NCBI GenBank assembly: GCA_000002435.2
Contig: CM018791.1
Length of the DNA: 64,000 nucleotides
Source of the DNA: Giardia intestinalis
Taxonomy: Eukaryota
Direction: 5' to 3' (one strand)
Shown: piece after piece, positions 58,400-64,000 of the stretch
Layout of the letters: the number at the start of each line of letters is the position of its first letter
Position numbering within the stretch: the first letter of the stretch is position 1
Made by a program: the position numbers and the translations under genes
The notes under the pieces: model-generated
What the model saw: the letters and a program-made list of their open reading frames with translations, nothing else
Told to the model about the DNA's origin: nothing
Databases searched by the model: none

Positions 58400-61315
58400 A
58401 CCAGATTCTAGCGTCGTATTGAGCTGGCTACGAATATGTCTTGATGAAGATCGCAGAGCCGCGTCAATGATGGGGTAGCTGCCGATGGTATCTGCGGCCG
58501 TGGCTACCGGTTCAGCAGCGTCATAATAGGAGTGATTGGAACTAGTACCAAAATATCCTGCTTCTAAGGCTATGATTTTCTTCATCAAACGACGGGTTTC
58601 TTCGTCCCGCAAATAAAGCTCCTTCTTTAGTAAGCCAATTTCACTCTGGTGCATGAGTATCTCGTTTCTGAGTATAGAGATCAGTTCATCTCGCCGCGCT
58701 AGCTCCACTTGCTCACGATTCTCTATTGACCGAAGCTTGTCGGTGTTTGCACTGTTTGCAGAATGCATGGTTGCCAGTAGTGAGTTATAGGACCTATTCT
58801 GGCGTTCTGTGGCGTCCAGCTTGCCTTGAAGATCGGCCAATCGGGCTGTTAGCTTTTCTGTTTCGTCTTTCGCTGCCGCTTCTGCCTCTGCAAGAGAGTT
58901 GTCTTTTTTCTTTACATCCTCGAGTAAAGTAGCCTTATCCTTCTCAAGAGAAGAGAGCTTATCACGGAGAATCGAGACAGACTGCTTCTCCTTCTCTAGC
59001 TGCTCCGTCAATGCCACACATCGAGCATTGACTTCAGTCAGTATCGTGGTGGTAGCTTCGTTGTGTTCTGGTGAGGGGTCTGTAGATGTGTGCTTATTGG
59101 CCGTCTCGATGTCTGCCATATGCGTCCTGGCAACATTGGTATGTGCGCTCCCTAGTTCAAAGCGTGTTAAATCCTTCTGCAACTCTGCTATTCTGCATTC
59201 GTTTTCCTCAAGCTTTTCTGATAGTAGTTTCTTTTCCACCTCCAGTCTCATCCTAGCCTCTTCCTTCTCAGAAAGCTTCTTTTGCAGCTCGACAATCTCG
59301 CCCTTTGCAGACCCAAGATCTGCCTTCAGAAGATTAATTTGATTCTTGAGCAGTTGTGTTGGCCTGGGGATCATGGTACCGGGCACCATCATGGCATCTT
59401 CCGTGTTGCTGCCCAACGAGCTCCTCTTGCTGCCGTTGTCCTCTTCTTCTGAGGTAAGATCTCGCGGAGTGGTGTTTTGGCTGGCTTCGTACTCGCGCTG
59501 AAGCTGTTTTATCTGCTTTAGAGCATTCTTTAGCTTTGTCTTGTCACTTTTCAGCTTGTCATTTTCTTGACGAAGATGTTGGTTTTCCTGTTCCAACAGG
59601 TTATCGGTCTTTTCCATATGCTTAGCCCTCGAAGGCGTAGAGTCTACATTCTTAAATTGCGACGAAGTTGGCGCAATAGATGCAGGCATAACGACATTGT
59701 TAGCGTCTGACTCTGAATAGATAGTCTCTTCGACAAGTTCCATTTGTATCTTGGGCATTACAGAATCAGTGTGCACGTGACGGGATAATCCTGTTCCAGT
59801 GCGCATTAGAGCGCTTACTTTGGCGCTGAGTTCCCGGTTCTCTGCCTCAAGAGCACTCTTTTCCGCACAGTGTTGCTCAGCAATGGTAGCTTGAAACTGG
59901 GCTTGTTCATCCAACTCGGTCGTCACTTGTTGCAGCTGCGCTTGGAGCGCAATGATCTCCATTTGCTTGTCCATGACCTGTTGTTGATATGTCAACTGTA
60001 GGGCCTCGATATGCTGCGAAGCTTGAAGGGAAGATTGTGGATAGTCAGAAGAACGAGCATCACGCTGCCAATTGACTGACTCTTTAAGCTGGGCTCCAAG
60101 CTCCAAGATTTGCTCCTCTAGGTCAGAAATCTTTTTCTTGAGTTGATTAGATTCATTAGTAGATAGCTTCGCAAACATTTCACGTAGATCTGTCTGAGCT
60201 TCTAGAAGATTAGATTTGGTCATAGTAAGAGTATCTTCAAGCTCATTGACGTAGTTTCTTAGATACTGCACTTCTGCAGCATACTTATCTCGTTCTTCCT
60301 GTAGAAGGGCACTATGAGCTTTCTCATGCTCCAGCTCCTTCTCAATCTCTAACTCTTTCTCAAGTTCCCTTTTCGCGGTCACTTCATTAAGTTTGATTAT
60401 TACGGACGATAGCTCCTGGTCCTTAGCATGCAGCTTTCTTTTATGTTCTAATAGCTCTTGCTCTGTTTGCGCAAGCTTTTCTTCGGCCGCCCGTGCTCGT
60501 GTTTCAAAGAGTTTAGCCCTCTCTATATGGTAGTTCAGTGTTGCCTGCTCGGAGCTGTTAGTCTTAGCAGTCAACATCTGAGCAAGCTCCTCCTTTTCAG
60601 CCAAGAGACGATTGCTTGTGATCGTCGAGTTTGCCAATAGCTGCAGGAGCTTACGGATCTTCTGGGCGTCTGTGGCATCCGGATAGGTGAGGTTAAGTGT
60701 CTGCTGAATGGAATCAATGGATACACCCTGGCGTCGAAGCTGCTGTTCGTCGTCTTCTGTAACTTCTAGGCGGCTGAGTTCACTGGTCATGGATATACTA
60801 ATTGATTGAGATAAGTCTGGATCTTGTCGCGGTGCTGGATCAGGCTTTTTCTGAGGAGGTCTAGTGAAGGAGCGCCCAGAGGAGTTGGCAGTCAAGTGTG
60901 CAAAACGGTTAGGGCGTCCAGTTCCCTCGGAAATCACCACTGCCCGTTTGTTCGGCGTAGTGCTCAGAGTCACCACGTCCTGAGAAGTGCTAGAAAGCTC
61001 GTCAACCTCGATGGCTCCGCAAAGTGCGCTGCCTGAGAGCTGCGAAGTCTGTCTAGCGAGAGAGTTGTGAGAAGGAAAAGGGGCAGGTTGAGCAAAGCGC
61101 CCGCTCTGTTGGAGTTCAGACAAACCGTCTGTATCTTGATGGCTGGGGGTGCCATAGTTCATTGTACTCGGGGTGTAATAGTTCTGAGTGATGGCGGGGA
61201 AAGACGGCGGGTGTATCACTGGGGAAATGTCCGTGCATGTTGGGGACGTCATATCAAAGTCACCCCTGCCAGAAGCTTCATGCACAGCCGCAGTGGAACC
61301 CGTTTGCTTTGACAT
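58385..61315 (-). CDS. Long coiled-coil protein (about 976 aa) with a Ser/Thr/Pro/Gln-rich N-terminal region.
   Basis: About 600 aa of heptad-rich sequence (ELEHEKAHSALLQEERDKYAAEVQYLRNYVNELEDT...). The track start is GTG at 61366, which would overlap the upstream gene's stop. I used the first ATG (MSKQTG) at 61315, preceded by AAAATTCTAAATTTC. Its 3' end overlaps the giant gene's stop by 15 nt. Confidence 0.8.
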   Translation of the reverse strand: MSKQTGSTAAVHEASGRGDFDMTSPTCTDISPVIHPPSFPAITQNYYTPSTMNYGTPSHQDTDGLSELQQSGRFAQPAPFPSHNSLARQTSQLSGSALCGAIEVDELSSTSQDVVTLSTTPNKRAVVISEGTGRPNRFAHLTANSSGRSFTRPPQKKPDPAPRQDPDLSQSISISMTSELSRLEVTEDDEQQLRRQGVSIDSIQQTLNLTYPDATDAQKIRKLLQLLANSTITSNRLLAEKEELAQMLTAKTNSSEQATLNYHIERAKLFETRARAAEEKLAQTEQELLEHKRKLHAKDQELSSVIIKLNEVTAKRELEKELEIEKELEHEKAHSALLQEERDKYAAEVQYLRNYVNELEDTLTMTKSNLLEAQTDLREMFAKLSTNESNQLKKKISDLEEQILELGAQLKESVNWQRDARSSDYPQSSLQASQHIEALQLTYQQQVMDKQMEIIALQAQLQQVTTELDEQAQFQATIAEQHCAEKSALEAENRELSAKVSALMRTGTGLSRHVHTDSVMPKIQMELVEETIYSESDANNVVMPASIAPTSSQFKNVDSTPSRAKHMEKTDNLLEQENQHLRQENDKLKSDKTKLKNALKQIKQLQREYEASQNTTPRDLTSEEEDNGSKRSSLGSNTEDAMMVPGTMIPRPTQLLKNQINLLKADLGSAKGEIVELQKKLSEKEEARMRLEVEKKLLSEKLEENECRIAELQKDLTRFELGSAHTNVARTHMADIETANKHTSTDPSPEHNEATTTILTEVNARCVALTEQLEKEKQSVSILRDKLSSLEKDKATLLEDVKKKDNSLAEAEAAAKDETEKLTARLADLQGKLDATERQNRSYNSLLATMHSANSANTDKLRSIENREQVELARRDELISILRNEILMHQSEIGLLKKELYLRDEETRRLMKKIIALEAGYFGTSSNHSYYDAAEPVATAADTIGSYPIIDAALRSSSRHIRSQLNTTLESGLNNF

Positions 61316-61341
61316 GAAATTTAGAATTTTACACTGGAAAA

Positions 61342-63654
61342 CTATGGGTTCTTGTCGCAGATGCACTTAGCAGACTCTAGGCGTGTTGTTGTTATGCTTC
61401 CGCAGCTAATGCTGGGAGTATTTAAGGCAGAGCTTACAGAACCCGAAGCCGCATCAACTTGTACCGTAAGAACTGTATCTGGCTTATTAGCCCCAGAGAC
61501 CGTTAATGTTGATGTGCTTCCAGCACCGTTCAAAGACACACTATTTGCACCTGCAGGGGAATCCTTTATAACAACGAAGGAGACAGTAATCTCCGAGGTA
61601 CCGGTTAAGGCAGAGATTGTCAGGTTCGTATCTTCTGTTGAATCCGATTGAATATGAGCGAAGTGATTAGGAGATGCATCTGCCTCTGCCGTGATGTTAA
61701 CGCCGCGCTCAGGAGCCAGAGGTGTAACCGTTACTGGACCGCCGGTAATAGAGAATGTATTTCCAGCTCCTCCAACGCTGAGAGTGGAAGTCGTAATGGT
61801 TTCTACCGTCAAGGTTCGATGAGCAATTGTATCGACCGTCATGGACTCTGTAAACACGAGTGTGTTTGCAGTCAGTTTAGAGTTGGAAAGAGACATCGTC
61901 TGAGCATGTATAACGGGTACGTCTAGTTTTTCTGCATTGAGGGTAGTTGCATTCAGCTGTGAACTAATCTCTAGGGTCGTAGCGTTGAGAGTGGCTCTCG
62001 CGCTGGCACTATTCTTAATAAGAGAGACGTTGAATGCAATGGTCACGGCCTTGATTGTGTCAAAGAATGCCCTAGTGACCGTTAGTGCAGAATTAGAAAG
62101 AGTTGTGCCGCTGTTCAATGACTCCAATTGAGTGTCAACGGTCGTCACGTTAATAGAACTACTTCTCTGCTCTAAAAAGCTAGGCGTGATTAGCGAATAC
62201 GTTGTTGGTGCACCTGCTTGTCCTGTAGGTGGTGCTTGTAAAATCGCAGGGTCAGACCAGTTGCTGTACCCCACCAGAGCTTTATTTGTCACTGTCAGAT
62301 TGGCAACCTTTAGGTCAACTAGCTTGATGTAAAGGACAACAATCAATATTATCAATATTATAGTTAATAGGAAAAGAATAATGATGATTATGTAAATCAA
62401 GAGGTGTTCACGCATGACGCTCAGGCACCCGCCGTGTCTCTGCTCCTTCATAATGGTTCTAGATTCATAAAGGGTCGACTCCTCATTAATCAGCACGCGA
62501 GACTCGGCGGTGTAGACAGCATCGTCTATTGATTCAATATGGGAAACAGCTGAAGACTCTGCGCTCGAGATCTCTATAAGCGGGCCCGTACGTCTTACTG
62601 GTACTACTTTAGCTACTGTGATGGCTGGCAGCGGTTCTTGTGACTGCCCTGTGCTCTCCGAGGGCGGTTGATATGTCTCCTGGTTTTGCGGGATTGCATT
62701 AATCGTCTCAACAGGCAATGGAAAAGTTGTAGTAGAGAACCTCTGAAACTGTTCCCTAATAGTTGGATGCAAAATAGCCCCGTCGAAGTAGAAGACGAAG
62801 CGGGGCGCCCCGAAGGAGGCGGCCTCGCGGGCGGCGGCGGGGCGCTCGAGGTACGCCTGGACCTTCCGGTAGCGGAGGTACGTGAGCTCGGCGGCGCGGC
62901 TCCCGGGCTGGGCGCGGAGCTCGGCGGCCGGGGGCGCGTAGAGGACGAAGCGGCGGTCCCGGACGAGGTCGCTCCGGCCCTGGGCGAAGGCGGGGTTGAC
63001 GAAGACCGAGAGCGCGTGGCCGGCGCGGGCGCGGGTGACGACGGCCCCGAGGAAGAGGTCGCCGGGGAGCCGGAGGGGGACGGGGCCCGCGAAGCCCAGG
63101 GGGACGGCGACGGCGCGGAGGAGGGGCGGCCGGGCGAGCGGGAGGGCGTCTGGGCGGGTGCAGCTCTCGCAGCGGAGGCCGACCCGCCGGGCCCCTGCGG
63201 CGAGGGCCTCTCCGGGCGCGAGGACGGCGCTCGCCCCGGGCTGGGAGGGCGCGCCGCACGCGGGGCAGGGCCCGGGGAGCCCGAAGAGCGCGGCGCAGAC
63301 GGGGGCCGGGAGGGAGCGGACGAGCGCCGGGAGCGCCCCGGGGTCTGGGAGCGGCCCGAGCTGCGCGGCAAGAGGCCCCAGGTCGAGCGTCCCCGCCCCG
63401 GCGAGCGCGGCGCGGAGGAGCCCGGCCCAGAGCTGCGGGGCGTCTCCGGCGGGCGGGGGGCCGTCGAGGAGGGCCTCGAGCCGCCCGAGGACGAGCGCCT
63501 GGTGGACGACGCGGAGGAACGCGCCTGCGAGGCCCTCGGGGTCGCCGGCGAGGACGAACGAGGGCGCGGCTGCCGCGGGCGGGCGTCCGTCCCCCGCCGC
63601 CGTGGGCCGGGGCGCCGGGTCGAAGAGGCCCGAGGGCTGCGGCGCAGACGTCAT
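61342..63654 (-). CDS. Composition-chimeric ORF. The 80-87% GC Ala/Pro/Gly/Arg-rich N-terminal region of about 286 aa (with a CxxC...CxxC zinc-ribbon-like motif) is followed by a normal-GC linker, a TM helix and a 330-aa Thr/Ser/Asn-rich ectodomain.
   Basis: Continuous frame from the ATG at 63652-63654 to the stop at 61342. The frame crosses the GC boundary (about 62797) smoothly (..FGAPRFVFYFDGAILHPTIREQF..) and stays open for about 113 normal-GC codons before the TM helix LLIYIIIIILFLLTIILIILIVVLYI. Alternative internal starts exist at 62451 and 62415. Confidence 0.55.
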   Translation of the reverse strand: MTSAPQPSGLFDPAPRPTAAGDGRPPAAAAPSFVLAGDPEGLAGAFLRVVHQALVLGRLEALLDGPPPAGDAPQLWAGLLRAALAGAGTLDLGPLAAQLGPLPDPGALPALVRSLPAPVCAALFGLPGPCPACGAPSQPGASAVLAPGEALAAGARRVGLRCESCTRPDALPLARPPLLRAVAVPLGFAGPVPLRLPGDLFLGAVVTRARAGHALSVFVNPAFAQGRSDLVRDRRFVLYAPPAAELRAQPGSRAAELTYLRYRKVQAYLERPAAAREAASFGAPRFVFYFDGAILHPTIREQFQRFSTTTFPLPVETINAIPQNQETYQPPSESTGQSQEPLPAITVAKVVPVRRTGPLIEISSAESSAVSHIESIDDAVYTAESRVLINEESTLYESRTIMKEQRHGGCLSVMREHLLIYIIIIILFLLTIILIILIVVLYIKLVDLKVANLTVTNKALVGYSNWSDPAILQAPPTGQAGAPTTYSLITPSFLEQRSSSINVTTVDTQLESLNSGTTLSNSALTVTRAFFDTIKAVTIAFNVSLIKNSASARATLNATTLEISSQLNATTLNAEKLDVPVIHAQTMSLSNSKLTANTLVFTESMTVDTIAHRTLTVETITTSTLSVGGAGNTFSITGGPVTVTPLAPERGVNITAEADASPNHFAHIQSDSTEDTNLTISALTGTSEITVSFVVIKDSPAGANSVSLNGAGSTSTLTVSGANKPDTVLTVQVDAASGSVSSALNTPSISCGSITTTRLESAKCICDKNP

Positions 63655-63664
63655 TTTGGGCGGC

Positions 63665-63669
63665 AAAAA
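63665..63669 (-). terminator. Pol III oligo-T terminator (T5) immediately after tRNA-Thr(AGU).
   Basis: Minus strand reads ...attcggcTCTTTTTGccgcccaaaATG. The T5 run begins 2 nt after the tRNA discriminator base. Confidence 0.55.
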
Positions 63670-63670
63670 G

Positions 63671-63744
63671 AGCCGAATACGGTGCTCGAAACCGTGACCT
63701 CGACATTACTAGTGTCGCGCTCTAGCCAACTGAGCTAATTCGGC
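63671..63744 (-). tRNA. tRNA-Thr (anticodon AGU).
   Basis: Manual cloverleaf on the minus strand: acceptor GCCGAAT/ATTCGGC (7 Watson-Crick pairs); D arm GCTC-AGTTGGCTA-GAGC; anticodon arm CGACA-CTAGTAA-TGTCG with anticodon AGT; variable loop AGGTC; T arm ACGGT-TTCGAGC-ACCGT; discriminator T. Confidence 0.9.
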
Positions 63745-63799
63745 ACGGGCACCCCCCAACGCCTGAAATGGCTATTGTCTTTTTCCTGAGGGGACCGCA

Positions 63800-63806
63800 G
63801 TTTACT
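63800..63806 (-). promoter_or_regulatory. Polyadenylation signal AGTAAAC (AGTRAAY) overlapping the TGA stop of the PDI-like gene.
   Basis: Minus strand reads GACAAGGAGCTCTGAGTAAACtgcgg. Confidence 0.5.
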
Positions 63807-64000
63807 CAGAGCTCCTTGTCCCCATCGGGGCGAACCACCCGGCCGTCCTTCCCGAGCGGGACGCCTGTGAGCTGCCGCGTCTTGTGCTTCTTGAGGAACT
63901 CGATGATAGAGCCCACCGGGTCCTCTCCAAAGTCTGCCTGGAAGACCTGCTTCTTAGGGCTGGCGTTATCATAGATGACAATCTTAGGGCCAGCAGAGGA
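63806..64000 (-). CDS. 3' end of a thioredoxin-fold / protein-disulfide-isomerase-like gene (5'-partial, continues beyond the window), ending in -DKEL.
   Basis: The minus frame that is open to the window edge encodes ..KIVIYDNASPKKQVFQADFGEDPVGSIIEFLKKHKTRQLTGVPLGKDGRVVRPDGDKEL*. The V-I-Y-D/N-G ... FxxFLKKH pattern resembles the C-terminal thioredoxin domain of PDIs, and the terminal KEL resembles a K/HDEL ER-retrieval signal. The reverse-strand ORF 63768..63974 looks spurious. Confidence 0.45.
   Translation of the reverse strand, partial: SSAGPKIVIYDNASPKKQVFQADFGEDPVGSIIEFLKKHKTRQLTGVPLGKDGRVVRPDGDKEL

Noticed and set aside
62797-63654. Possibility that the GC-rich block is rDNA, which is about 75% GC in Giardia.
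   Set aside because: The block lies inside a continuous protein-coding frame and is adjacent to a tRNA and single-copy genes. I could not recognise any SSU/LSU conserved motif. Only a BLASTN would exclude this fully.
62613-63738. Four long overlapping ORFs (62613..63371 -, 62756..63706 -, 62668..63738 +, 62996..63697 +) inside the GC-rich block.
   Set aside because: At more than 80% GC, stop codons are rare in every frame. Their products are pure Arg/Pro/Gly/Ala low-complexity strings. Only the frame continuous with the downstream TM-protein ORF shows protein-like features.
63768-63974. Plus-strand 68-aa ORF at the window end.
   Set aside because: The opposite strand encodes a PDI-like C-terminus with a stop-codon-overlapping AGTAAAC poly(A) signal. 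The plus ORF has no features.

Overview
This is a compact, intron-poor eukaryotic window that reads like a diplomonad (Giardia-type) core chromosomal region. Gene density is very high, with intergenic spacers of 5-120 bp, divergent start codons 7-55 bp apart, and 3' coding ends that overlap. Short AT-rich initiators (AAATTAAAA-like) abut the ATGs, and AGTRAAY-like polyadenylation signals overlap the stop codons. Giardia hallmarks are abundant: ankyrin proteins with the GxTALMxAA repeat (Protein 21.1-like), a NEK-type kinase fused to ankyrin repeats, a 230-aa guanine phosphoribosyltransferase, and a high-cysteine membrane protein.

About 30 protein genes can be supported. They include a FAM135/DUF676-like esterase, TRM7/FTSJ1, a NOP15-like RRM protein, NAD kinase, an ACR2/CDC25-like rhodanese, kinesin, an RFC small subunit, GPRT, a PPP phosphatase, a proteasome Rpt ATPase and GET3. 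There are also two paralogous LRR plus coiled-coil proteins, two ankyrin-RING proteins, several giant hypothetical proteins (2291 aa and 3869 aa), and two tRNA-Thr genes (anticodons CGU and AGU).

The most unusual signal is an abrupt block of about 860 bp at roughly 80-87% GC (62797-63654). It starts exactly at an ATG only 16 nt after a tRNA-Thr(AGU) gene with its T5 terminator. It continues in frame into a normal-composition ORF that encodes a TM helix and a Thr/Ser-rich ectodomain. That pattern could be a composition-discordant, possibly foreign-derived or gene-converted N-terminal domain, or an assembly chimera.

No CRISPR array, rRNA or obvious mobile element was seen. Several starts in the supplied ORF track are non-ATG (GTG/TTG). 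I re-anchored those genes to the first in-frame ATG, each of which sits behind an AT-rich initiator.
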